A program made the position numbers and the translations under genes. From the NCBI GenBank assembly GCA_047495785.1, contig JBLDXI010000042.1:1550001-1614000 (forward strand): a stretch of DNA of 64,000 nucleotides. The letters are read 5' to 3'. Shown piece by piece: positions 50,812-62,600 of the stretch (the first letter of the stretch is position 1; the number at the start of each line of letters is the position of its first letter). Under the pieces are notes generated by a model that searched no databases, was not told where the DNA came from, and was given only the letters and a program-made list of their open reading frames with translations. The DNA comes from Lepidodermella squamata (taxonomy: Eukaryota; Animalia; Gastrotricha).

Positions 50812-51168
50812 TTAGTCTTGGAGCACTTTGAAGCGTGGGCGAATTCTCGTCGGAGTTTTGTGCTCAGCCTCCTGAATGTTAGTCTTTGTTTTCTCGACCG
50901 CTAGTTCGGTCGCTCTGTCGCCATGTTCGTGTTTTGGTCGGCTGTGAGAGTGAGCATTACGCCTGTGATTGCCGTCTGCCGAAGCGCCAAATCTGTTGCG
51001 GGCATACTGCTGCGGCGTCAGAACAGGTGCTGACTGTTCAGGCTTGAAGTTGAAAGTCAGAGCATCGCCGTCACCTTCCTCTGAGGAATGACCGAGGGTT
51101 TCTGAGGCTCCAGCAACATAAATCGTGATGAAGATAGTCAATAAGGTAAAACATGCTTTAGAAGCCAT
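50812..51168 (-). CDS. Small secreted orphan protein (118 aa), paralog A
   Basis: Signal peptide, acidic spacer, then Arg/His-rich region; clearly paralogous to 51847-52191. Confidence 0.75.
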   Translation of the reverse strand: MASKACFTLLTIFITIYVAGASETLGHSSEEGDGDALTFNFKPEQSAPVLTPQQYARNRFGASADGNHRRNAHSHSRPKHEHGDRATELAVEKTKTNIQEAEHKTPTRIRPRFKVLQD

Positions 51169-51846
51169 TTTTCTAGGTGAAGAATTTACAGAGAAAACTA
51201 TTTATCCTGAAAAATTAATAATCGAATGAGAAATAATCCTTTGATTGATTTGTTGGTCCAGTGCCAAGGGCTTCCTTAGCCTTCAAAAGTGGTAGTGGAC
51301 AAAGCCACATAATGGGGGAAAGGGGACCTCAAAGGCTCAAAATAGCCAAAAGCTCGAAATTTCTGATTTTGCGGCCAAATGTTTGGGTTAGGTGGAGAAT
51401 GGCTATTAGATGAAACATTGGAAAGCGCTATAATTGAGAAAACCAGAGCGAAAATATGCTTAGCTAGATTTTACTATTTTTTCTAAAATTCTCGTAAACT
51501 ATGTACTTCCCTTATTCCCTTCTATGTATGACAAATACAAATCTCGATGGGGTCTGAGAAAATTGACATTTCCTGTCTCTGTTTCCTCAACAAGCCAGTC
51601 GCAGTGAATGTGCGTGTAGGAAAAAAATCGATATTTTGCAAACATTTCATTTAAGCACCAGCTAATGAATCAATACGAATATTTCAATCAAGCGTCGGTG
51701 GCCTGTCGCCATTCACGCGTCGCTAATTTTTCAATTGTTCATCGCACCGACGAAATCACGCATTTTAAAACAATTAAAAATTTCGAAAAACGAACTGTGA
51801 TTGAGCTATACGGCATTTTTATTTTCATTTGAACACAATTACTCCA

Positions 51847-52191
51847 TTAATTGACCTTGAAGCGAGGGCGTATTTTAGGCGGCTGCTTAACTTCGACGAC
51901 CGGCTTCTTAACGTTAAACTTGGTCTTCTCAACAGCGAGTTCAGTCGCTCGATCGCCGTGAACGTGCCTGCGATGGGCGTGGGTAACCTTTCGATAGTTG
52001 ACGTTGGCTTGCTCTCCAAAACGTGTCCTGGCATACTGCTGAGGTGTCAGAGGTTTGACTGGAGCTTTGAATTGAATCAATGGTAAGTCGCCCAGATCTT
52101 CGTCAACATCAGCCGAAATGCCTTCTTCATGAGCCAGAGCAACACATACTAACAGACCAAGGAACAAGCAAGCCGTTCTGAAAAATCTCAT
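51847..52191 (-). CDS. Small secreted orphan protein (114 aa), paralog B
   Basis: Shares LTPQQYAR.RFG, HGDRATELAVEKTK and IRPRFKV with paralog A, with synonymous differences. Confidence 0.75.
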   Translation of the reverse strand: MRFFRTACLFLGLLVCVALAHEEGISADVDEDLGDLPLIQFKAPVKPLTPQQYARTRFGEQANVNYRKVTHAHRRHVHGDRATELAVEKTKFNVKKPVVEVKQPPKIRPRFKVN

Positions 52192-53311
52192 TCTCTCGAG
52201 CTCTAAGCGCCTATTGAGGAAGAAAAGAAGAAAAAATGTTCAAAATTTGAGATAAATTGGGGTTCTGTAATGAAATTCGAGGGATCTTCGAATTAACCTG
52301 TAAAAAACGCTCAATCGGGAACGCCTTAGCCTAACTCGTGTAGTGACATTATTTTTTGGAAGTTTTCTAGAGAAAACTGGGTCAATGTAACCCTTCCTTT
52401 TATAGGACGCAAACCGTGTGAAATTGATATCTTGGGAATCGTGCGGTTAAAAGAATTTAATTTTCTATTCCGGATGTAATAGCTATTGACCGGAGAACAA
52501 AGAGCGGAACACGGTACACTTGAAAAAAATGAATGAACTCAGAAAAGCCCACTCACTGCGTATTAGAGTACTTACAGCTGACCGATTTTTTGTTGTTGAA
52601 TCGCCGCAGCTTTATCTGATTGAGTTGGAATTATCTGGGGCTTTGTTTTCAATGGTCGGAAATTGATATTCCCGCATGAGTTGACTTAGTGCCCGTGAGT
52701 GCTACTACCACGCAATGCTAAGTGAATGGGCCGCGCTCAAAATAGCGCAGAGTTAAATCGATTTCACTTTTAATCATTTCCGACTTCCTAAAATGAGCCG
52801 GCTGGAGTGAAAGTCGGAGTGTTTCAATGAACCAACAAATCAGGAAAATTTTCAAAAACTGGCCGAGATGTTAAACTGTTTCTGTATCTCAAAATTTCAT
52901 AATAAAAAAATTCGCGAGGGGCCAGAAAGGCTTGGAAAATGACTTCCGGATCTATTTTCGACCTGCAATCGATCAAGAATTTCAAGCAGCTTCTTAGTAT
53001 TTTCTTCGAATTTCAGCATTGCAATGTGCGATGAATGCACCAAGAGCAACGTCATGAGCTACTTTGACTTCAATTCATCTGGAACCTGGATCGTTTGCTA
53101 GGTTATTATTTATCAGTTCGGATTTATTATCTGCGATGAAAAACAACTACATTCTCAACCAGGCTCAAACAATGCGTTTTTTTCTTTCAGTCTAAGAGAT
53201 AAGAAAAAACACGACGATAAAAAAATACACCTGAAATGTACTCAGTAGTGTGCGTAAACAACCTTTATAATAGAGGTTATACACAAAGCCGGGACTGAGT
53301 AAAGCTTCAAA

Positions 53312-54025
53312 ATGACTAGTAATGGCTCAGAGCTATTTGTGGCATGTGAAACTGGCGACTTGAAGACCGTCAAACGACTAATTCACTATGAATCAGTTGA
53401 CCCGAATCACTCATGTTCAAAACCGGAGAATTTCCGCTTTAACAACAACGCAAGCCCGTTGATGGCCGCTGCTTACTTCGGAAGGATCGAAGTTGCGAAA
53501 TTTCTTATTGAAAATGGAGCTCGGGTCGATGAGCAAGACTCGGCTGGTTGGACGAGTTTCATGCTAGCCGCGGAGCAAGGCCACGTGTCGCTACTACGTC
53601 TCCTCGCTGCGAATGGAGCGAATCCTTACCATCGAAATCATCGAAGCGAAACAGCTTTGATGTGGGCTTCCCTTAACAATAACATTGACACAGTTCGATT
53701 TCTAGTTCAAGAGTGTGACTCTGACGTGAATGCTGTTGATTTTCAACGAGTCAGTGTCCTAATGTATGCGGCTAAATTCTGCGCAAATGCCGTGATTGGT
53801 TACCTGATCGCCAACGGAGCGGATCGCTTGCTACGGGATGCAACTGGCAACACTGCGCTTGATTACGCGTCACGGTGTCGTAAGATCGATGAGCAGAAGC
53901 GGTGGACGGCTTGCGAGATGCTTTACCATCGGAAGTTTGATTCAGGCGGCTATCCTTTGCTGGCTATTCCAGCTGTGTCTTGCTGGAATTTTAACTTTGT
54001 TACTGATGATCAAGCAGTTGCGTGA
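53312..54025 (+). CDS. Intronless ankyrin-repeat protein (237 aa, ~5-6 repeats)
   Basis: LFVACETGDLKTVKRLI, SPLMAAAYFG, TALMWAS, TALDYA. Confidence 0.85.
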   Translation: MTSNGSELFVACETGDLKTVKRLIHYESVDPNHSCSKPENFRFNNNASPLMAAAYFGRIEVAKFLIENGARVDEQDSAGWTSFMLAAEQGHVSLLRLLAANGANPYHRNHRSETALMWASLNNNIDTVRFLVQECDSDVNAVDFQRVSVLMYAAKFCANAVIGYLIANGADRLLRDATGNTALDYASRCRKIDEQKRWTACEMLYHRKFDSGGYPLLAIPAVSCWNFNFVTDDQAVA

Positions 54026-54242
54026 AATTCCCGATTTCTAGGTTGAAATCTGCAATAAGCTCTTGCTCATTGACATACAAACAGTTATATTAGCTGGTAT
54101 GAACCGGTGGTTGCTAAAAGTTTTCCGTAATATGCAATATGAGTTCATTATTTTACCGAATTTTCAAAGCAGTTTTAAAATAAAACGCCGAATACGTACA
54201 CACACTGAGGCGTCCGAATAGTAGCCCATTCAATCGCTCACC

Positions 54243-54756
54243 CAAGGCCGGATTAACGATCGGGAGGCCCCGGGCACTGTCCCAATGGCGGCTCCTTCCA
54301 AATGCTTCCGCGATTTCATACCAAGCTCGCATCATGACCTAATTCTTGAATTAATTTTTTGCGGGGCAGTATTTAAATTACAGCTATTATGAAGTATTGA
54401 ACTTCAAAACCTACCATAAACCATCAACCCGTCTATTCTGTTCGGGCATGTGAATTTGCTAAGCAAATCAACGAGGAATAGGAACTACTTATACCCAACT
54501 TTTGAATCCATAAAATGAATTTATGGAATCGTAAATTATCTTATGAACTTTGCGAGCGAAGCGAGGAAATTTTGATCAATCCACAAAGATGCTGAAAAAT
54601 AAGCTAACTCTCGCTCATATATAAGTCCATATTTGCCATCGTGAATGAAGGACGAAAATTATATTGGAACTTTCCGTAAAATCAACATTTATCTACAAGT
54701 TTCTAGCGGCCCCTGGGCACGTGCACACTGTGCCACTGCGCGCTAATACCGCCATG
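54243..54756. mobile_element. Probable hAT-type MITE
   Basis: CAAGGCCGGATTA / TAATACCGCCATG termini; flanks CGCTCACC / CGCCCATC (6/8). Confidence 0.5.
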
Positions 54757-55755
54757 CGCCCATCGCCCAGGTTCAAATAAAAAATTAGCGAACATAAATG
54801 AACGATTAACTAAGCATTGATTTTCGACTTTTCCCAATGCAAATGTATCCGCTAATAGTCCCACATTATAAAAAAAATACTCTACAATGCTAAAATCGCA
54901 AAAAATCTCAAAAAATTCGTGAAATCGTCAACATTTCCAGAAAATAAAAAATAACACAACTTATTAACAAAATGAAAATAAAATAACAAAATAACGAATT
55001 AACGCTCGTCGAAAGAAAGTAGATATGTGGCGAGTGCAATGGTAATCTATCAGTTTTGACGGTTGTTTTGACTAAAAGTTCCTAATCTGTTATTATCTGA
55101 AAAATACCTATACTGTAAAACGTAGCCACCAAGAGCCATGGGTCTTTTATTTCGACGGTTTTACTGCATTTAGTAAAAGAAAGAAATTATGATTAAATTC
55201 ACGTAGCACAATGGTTGCTCTCGCGCTGGCTTATGAGACTTTAGACTTTAACGCTGAAATAAATGGTAATTAAGTTATTTGCTCTTTTGTCGTTGCGCAA
55301 AAAGCGTAGAACCATCCGTGAAACTTTATTATCGTTATAATCGTTATTAATTCGTATTTTTCAAAGTGATGTTTAAATGTTTAATCTCTTTTTGACTCTT
55401 TCATGTCTTGAGTTCAATGCATGCAGATACAGATCCACAGTGTTAACGTTTTAAAATAACCTCTCAGTTAAGGCTAGAATTAATTGACTCGTTTAAGTCT
55501 TGAGTAGAAAAATACAGCCGTTAACACAGTCCGCCTGTCACACTCGGGTAATTACAGCGCACACGAAGCGGCGGCAGTGCGATGCGTGCCAAAAGCGCAG
55601 CGTGTGACATCTCATCATTGCACACTAATACTGCCCACTGCGCAAAATCTCACGTGCGCAAATATAACACCTAAAAACGACAGCAGTGAAAATTACAAAA
55701 ATTTACCCCATCTACGACATCCTGCGCGTCTATTCTACTCACAAAAGACTACAAC

Positions 55756-56355
55756 ATGGCTTGTAATTCTGCTTTCTTCCCATTTTTTCTCGTAATTTCA
55801 GCTGTTTTATTTGAAATTTCAAATTCAGCATATGATTCGCCGTCTACGTCATCGATTCGAATTCTTAGCGTCGACCCGGGCATGAACTACGGCACTGAGG
55901 CCTTTGCTATCTCAATCGTTCAAGAGGCGATGGTTTTCTACCGCAGCCAGGCGAAAAAACCGGCAAATGGCGCGTTACTAACAACCCTAGCTGAATTCGT
56001 GCGAAAACGCTTCGACCAACGATACGGCCCTTACTGGGGCGTTATCGTCTCGCGGAATGGTGCCCGCGATTCCGGCTGGAAGGTTTGGTACGACATACCG
56101 AATTACATTGTCCTAGCCACTCGGAATAACATGGCGTTTGTTATCTACAAAAATGCGATCTACAACCCGGATGCGGTTAATGAGTCACAGGAGGAAGAGG
56201 ATTTCAGCCACGAGGAAGACCATGATGATGAGGAGGTCAAGTTGCCGGTTGTAGCTCGCAGCAGTTGGCGCGACGCTGAGGCGAAACGGCGGCATCTCGG
56301 TCGGTTCGCAGGCTTTTCGTGGCCCCGAGGTGTTTCATCTTACAATAATCGTTGA
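55756..56355 (+). CDS. Signal-peptide protein with dynein light chain (LC8)-like domain and acidic tail
   Basis: Hydrophobic N-terminus. LAEFVRKRFDQRYGPYWGVIV matches the LC8 pattern IA..IK..FD..Y.P.WH.IV. AATAAA follows shortly after the stop. Confidence 0.7.
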   Translation: MACNSAFFPFFLVISAVLFEISNSAYDSPSTSSIRILSVDPGMNYGTEAFAISIVQEAMVFYRSQAKKPANGALLTTLAEFVRKRFDQRYGPYWGVIVSRNGARDSGWKVWYDIPNYIVLATRNNMAFVIYKNAIYNPDAVNESQEEEDFSHEEDHDDEEVKLPVVARSSWRDAEAKRRHLGRFAGFSWPRGVSSYNNR

Positions 56356-56852
56356 ATAATGAATAAAAATGTTTTTTTTTTAACGCGGATTTTTGAACAC
56401 AACTTGATCGTATTGCTTCGTTAACTTTTGAACGGTGGCTTTCATAAACTTAAGATTTTGTATGCTTATAATATGGACTCAGTTCTATCATTTCCAATAA
56501 AGAAAGTGATAGTCCGATCAAGGATGTGGCCGTGGAGTCAAGGCAAAAACACCAATTTTTGAACCCCTAAAAAAGTGACCTTCGCGGAAATCGCTGTGGC
56601 GTCAAAACCGTTCATTTCCGTACGAAATCCTTTGAACTGGTTGTAGTTGAAACCAATCCCCATCGATTACAATAAAAAAATCGGAATTCCATGATGAGCT
56701 ATTTCGGGGATAGCGCGCGGAAAAACACCCTTGTTTTACATGTAAACATGTGTGCGCCAGTTTCAAAAAGATCCGCCATAATGAAAATTTACGAAAATCG
56801 GCAAAAGAATTAAAACTTCAAGTTTCCAATAGGAGTTTCATCTCTGGTAACT

Positions 56853-57430
56853 CTATTCTCTATGTTGAGAACATATTACTCTAGGCGAAGCTCACATAAT
56901 AACATAATAACATAATAAGAAATCGCTTATTTAAGGGGGATTTTTTAATTTTTACAGTGAGCACCGAAGGTGCGAAAACCTTGCCCCGCCGTGAAACGCG
57001 AGCGCAGCGAGCATCACGGGGCAAGGTTTTCGCCCGAGCAAAGCGAGAGGACGCTGATTTCATCGAGCGAAGCGAGAAAAAGCACTTGAAACTCTTCGAG
57101 CGAAGCGAGATCACTTTTATTTTTTCAGCATGAAATTCGTTCAAAAATGCCGTTTTCAGCGTAAATCTTTAAGGTTGATTTTTTAAAGTCGCATTTCACA
57201 CCAGAAAATCACCTATTATGTCACATTTTTCCATTTAAATTGCAGTTTTATCAGGAACGGTGAACGCTTCGCCTTGAGTAATATGTCTAATAAGGCCCAC
57301 GGTACGGCTAGTTCCTCGGAAAAATCGCATAATAAGACTCGGCTTCGCCTCGCCTTATTATGTGAGTTTTTCCTCGAAACTAGCCTTCCCTAGGGCCTTA
57401 TTTATACATAGTTACCTATTCTCTATGTTG
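56853..57430. mobile_element. Non-coding repeat element flanked by 15-bp direct repeats
   Basis: CTATTCTCTATGTTG at 56853-56867 and 57416-57430; internal inverted repeats; GAGCGAAGCGAG and ACTCGGCTTCGCCTCG motifs. Confidence 0.65.
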
Positions 57431-57947
57431 CTTATCAATTCTTCATTACTCGCGATTGAATTCATGCATCATTATTGCGGTTGCTTTCATGGAAAATTGC
57501 GCAGATGGGACGCCCCGCCTCATTCGAACCCGTGGCGCTGAAAAGGAAGATGAGGACGTGGGCAGAGAGCGTACGCTGTTCTAGGCAGTCCATTATTTCG
57601 TCTTGTTGCTATCTACAATGTTTTCGGCGCCTGAAGATCAGCCGGTTTTTTTGAGAAGACACCGATCCATTCTATCTAATGTTCAATTCGGAACTGCGAA
57701 TAGGATCAAAAGAGCGCTTCTACAAGCGTGTGAGGTTGGGCGAGCATTCCACCGATGATTTGGTGAAGAGCAAAGTGTAGAAAGCTGAAAATGAGAAAAT
57801 CTCCCCGGTCACTACTTACAAGTAGCTGATTCGAACGAAAATGTGAAGGACTTCATCACCCTCTTTCGGTTTCGGTCTCCTATGAACGTTTGCCGAGATG
57901 CAGTTACGTTTTCAAAATTTATGAAATTCCAGTAACTGCAATAAAGT

Positions 57948-58103
57948 CAGTGATCCGACTAGGTCCAGCTCTGAGGGGGGTAAATGGAGCTATTTTGAGC
58001 CCAAAATTTGCGAATCAACAGGGGGGACCCTTACGTTTTTCAGAAATTTTCGAACGCCAGGGGGGGTCGTTTTCCCCCCTTACCCCCCGTACTCGGAGCA
58101 CTG
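57948..58103. mobile_element. hAT-type MITE
   Basis: CAGTGATCCGA / TCGGAGCACTG termini; perfect 8-bp TSD AATAAAGT. Confidence 0.85.
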
Positions 58104-58343
58104 AATAAAGTGGAATAATTGGCAGCATAATGGATTCTTATAGCATAATTGATGGTATTTTCCCCCATTTGTTAAAGCAAAAAAAAACTTAGAAAAATGT
58201 GTCTTCTTTTGGCTAGTTCAGTCAAACTCAGGGGTGAGTGGTCGAGTTGGGCAATTTGACTAATAGAAATAAAATAATCCAACTTGAACGCGTTTCCCAT
58301 TTAATTGGAACTCTGCTAGCTATTCGCTCTCTTCAAATGAAAT

Positions 58344-58478
58344 CAGGCCTGCAAAACATGCGCGGGAAATTTTCGAAAAATGACAGTAAATTGCAGGAAA
58401 ATATATGCTGAAATGGGTCAAAACTAGCGGGGAATTTTGAGAAAGTGCGCGGGAAATTTCGCAGGTTTTGCAGCCCTG
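58344..58478. mobile_element. hAT-type MITE
   Basis: CAGGCCTGCAAAAC / GTTTTGCAGCCCTG termini; flanks AATGAAAT / GATGAAAT. Confidence 0.75.
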
Positions 58479-58607
58479 GATGAAATACTATCCTCGATAT
58501 AGCTCGAACGTCACGAAATTCGCCTGCCGACCTACGGAGGGGCTATAAGTCTGGAGAAGTTAATTCGAATTGGATGATCAATGTCCTAATTCACATTTCT
58601 CTCGCAG

Positions 58608-58870
58608 GTCTTAAATGGTGATTACTCAGATCGGGCTAGTTGCCTCGCAAGGATAGAGATTTTCCAGATCCTATCGCCGAACAGCCCGTGGTACGCTGCT
58701 ACAAAAAATCGGATGATAAATTACAGACCTGTAGACCAGGTTTCCTTAATGACGAGTTCCAGGTAAGAAATGCGTCCATAATTTTTAGACAATAAATACC
58801 TACATTTAATTATCATTCCAGAATGGCCCGACGTATATCTTCAAAAATCTTGATGTTTGCCTGAAAGGGC
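58608..58870 (+). pseudogene. Exon fragments encoding one degenerate Cys-rich module
   Basis: VRCYKKSDDKLQTCRPGFLNDEFQ|gtaag...cag|NGPTYIFKNLDVCLKG; the upstream frame is broken. Confidence 0.45.
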
Positions 58871-59605
58871 TGGGACCTTTCGTGCTAATTGTTTACTATT
58901 TCTCCAGGTTTACTGATATTTCAGGGTGCTAGGCTATGTAAGCGTTATCCCCGGCAGAATCTAAATTTCTGAAGTTAGTCTTAGTTCTTATTTTTATGCA
59001 ATATTATTCGACCGAGAATTAATCGACAGAGTATTGAGTGAGTAATCAGCATATTAAAAATTAGGCCGAATGTTGGAAGCCTTTTTGTTTAAGACTTCCA
59101 CGTTTGGTTGATCTGACTTGTTTTCGTGGTCGTGAATCAAAATTATACCGAAGCTATATTAAAGAGCTTCAACTCGAGACACTTGCTGATCGGCCATCGA
59201 ATAGCTGAACAGGGCGTAAACAAACTTCCGCCCGTATCTGCCTGTGTCGGTCGTTTCAGTTTGATGAAATCAATTATTAAATTGAGCTCAATCTTTTTAG
59301 CCATGCCCTCACTATTATCGTTAATAAAATCGGTCCGTTTTAGAAAGGCCGTCTCAGATCGGTCCGATTTGGACAATTTCATTTTTTTCATCATTGAAGA
59401 GTGAGAAAATTGTTTCAAACAATTGTGGCAGTTCGGACTTGAAAAGCATTGAGAATTGACAAAAACACAAACATCACGGACTTGTTCTGTGTAATCTGAC
59501 ACGTCTATTCATAGCTCAGGTCACAGCCAGGCACATGATTTGCTTAACTTGTTTTTTTGCTCAACTCCTTTATTTCATTCAATTTATTTTATTTTATTTG
59601 AAAAA

Positions 59606-62600
59606 ATGAAGCAGATACTAGCATTCACACTACTTCTCTGCTTCGCAGCAACTTCCCGTGGAATTGTGGGTGGCTTTTGCTTTATAAACTCATCTCCATC
59701 TAAACACATACGCATATTGCAGGATCCGGAGCTTGAAGATGTTCTCTGGCAATTGAACGATGCCATTCTTGCAAATCATCGTCTTCCACCGGTAAATTTT
59801 CGAGTAGAATCGCGTTAAATTTGTAATGCTCCTTGTTTTCTAGGCCAACCGTAGTGTCCCACTGAAGCTATGCGGCGTTCCAGATATGGATACCGCGCAA
59901 GCCAAACTGAGGCGACAACTGGCAATCGCTGATGACGAGCCATTTGTGGCCGGAGTGAATTTGGCTGCCAATCTCTGGGAATTTCCTATCAAATACCAAA
60001 TCAGTGAATCATACAGTTAGTTGAACGCTTGTTTGCTTCGCTTCTTCAAGGCTAATTTCATCGTGATGTTGCGCATTAAGCAGACGCCTAACGAACCTTC
60101 AAATTTCAATTCTTACGCATATTTTCCGCCTCCTTTTCGCGTAATAATCAGTGATATTACGCCATAAAGTTAGTTGCATGGTTGTTAAATTGTCTTGCTC
60201 GTTTTAGGCTAATTAATCATCTCTCTTTTTAGCTTAATTATTCTACGTTCATCAATATTTAATATTGAAAGTCATTCATACAGCGATTCCTCTTGGATGT
60301 ATTTATTCCAAAGAGAAAGGAATGGCCATAGTTATTATAGTCATGCTAAAAGATTGGGAAGTAACCAGAATTCTACCGACTTGTTCGGCTGTTTTTCATG
60401 CCAATCTCTTCGTCTTTGTTCGGAAATACTAAATTCAAGGAAAATAATTTCAGCCAAAAAAAATTAGAAATTGGCGAAGGCTGTGGGATTTGAATCATCG
60501 TTCTCACACTCCTAACCCAGCCTCTCTCACCACTAAGCCATCTACTCTCTTGAAATTAGTGACCGATTTCTTGCTACTTCACTTAGTGTGTGGAAATCTT
60601 AATTGTCAACTATGATGGCTATGAAAATTCTGTAAAAGCCATTCGATCCGTAGCGTGTCCACATTCATTTTCTTTATGGACTTTCTTTGCTGGCAAGAGG
60701 GCTTGAGTGCCCACCGATGTTCAGCATTGAGCTTTTCAGTTAAATACAGTGCGCGAAGTAGGATCCTCGAACTAGGTGGTATTTTAGGCCCCCCCCCCCC
60801 CCCCCCCCCATTCGAATCGACCAAGGATAGGACGGCCGCCCGGTACCGCTCGAGGCAGTTATGGTCGCGTTGCGGAGCGTAGTCCTAGGCCGTGGCCGCC
60901 GTTCTACCAATGGTCGCTGAAGATCTCCCGAGGAGTTAGATTGAAAGAAAACCATGGAAGGAATATTGCCCGATTAAAAATGTGTTTAACTTACTTAGTA
61001 CTTAGTACTTCTAAACCTGTTAGTATAAAACATGTTGGCAAGATGAAAAAAGATTTATTGCGAATTTACACTAGATTTAACGATTATTTTCCAGAACAAA
61101 TTTTGGTTAGATAAAAAAAGATTTTGGCAAGATGAAAAAAGACACAGCCGTAGATGGCTTAGTGGTGAGAGAGGGTGAGAACGATGGTTCAAATCCCTCA
61201 GCCTTCACAAATTATTATTTTATGGCTGTAATTAAATTAAGGGTCATTAAATTAAATTAAATTAAACTAAATTAAAATACCTATTAAATTAAATTAAAAT
61301 ATTAAATTAAAATATTAAATTAAGGCCGAAATCAGACCATTCGCTCAGATTTTTTTACCCCGCCCGAACCTTGAGCTGGTCGAATTAGGGTCCAATTTAA
61401 TTGTATTATTTATTGTGTAACTTATGATCATAAGCATTGAATTTCAAATTCACCTTGTATTGGATCAAATATAGCTACCAATTTTTAGCGTATCTAAGTT
61501 GAAATTTCGCTGTATTCTGTGATTGCAGCCACCAAGGAGAAAGCAAACATCCGCGCATCTATGGAGCGCTGGGAAGAGGTTACATGTGCCCGATTTGTTG
61601 AAGTTCCAATCGCGCAAGATCAGAACGGCTTGAATATCTTCAAAGAATCAGGGTGAGTCGTCTTTCGAATATATTACAGCAATTCATAACAACAGCTATT
61701 TCGCGACATTTTCCAAGATGCTGGTCCTATATTGGGCGAATTCAATTAGGAAAACGGCAGGACTTGTCTCTAGGCGACGGCTGCACGGCGGTATCTATCA
61801 TTTCATAAAAAGCTATTCTCCGATTGAAGGAAATGATCATTCAGGTATTCATTGCAGCCCACGAAATCGGCCACGCACTAGGAATGGTTTGGTTTTTTCT
61901 ATTTCGAATGGCATGGTGTTAACCTGTGCGTCTCACCAGGAACACGAGCAATCGAGAACGGATCGCGATAACTACATCCGAGTCATCTACGAGAACATTC
62001 TACCGTAAGTTTAATTGAAAACATCTTTAAAACTTTCGTAATAATTTGTAATCGCATATAGTTCCGATGCTTACAACTTTGACACTGTACTGACCGATGA
62101 GAATTACAATGTGTCGTACAATTACGATTCCGTCATGCACTACGGATGGGACGCTTTCGCTAAAGCGGCAAACTTGCGAACCATGGAAACAATTGATAAG
62201 CGATTCATGTACACGATAAATGAGAGGAATTTTATCTCTTTCGGAGATGCGAAACGAGTTAACATACGATATAATTGTGGTAAGTTCAACGTATGGTTAG
62301 GTTATCTAATTATGCGTAAAAGTGCAAAAGATTCAGTCTTATATTTTTCCTGAATATCTGAATTATTCATTGAATAACATTGTCTTGGATAGAATTAGCC
62401 CGGGCGAGTAAAATTTCAACCTCGTTTATGCCAATTGAGCAAACGAAAATTGAGCAAGGGCTTTTGAGCAACGATATTAGAGCAAGCGAAATTAGAGCAA
62501 AGTTTGCAAAGTAGATTTATTTCAAAGATTTTCAAATTTCTCTCTTTTTAGTTGAAAATTCATGTAATGGCATACCTCTGCCGCAGCCTTGCCGGAATGG

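Noticed and set aside
50985-52030. RFG motif in both orphan peptides as RFamide neuropeptides
   Set aside because: The Gly is not followed by a basic cleavage site (RFGAS, RFGEQ).
57460-57900. Coding-like sequence upstream of the 58.6-kb exons
   Set aside because: Stops in all frames and no recognisable motif.
60472-61208. Functional tRNA genes
   Set aside because: Acceptor and anticodon stems do not form properly, and one copy lacks the anticodon arm.
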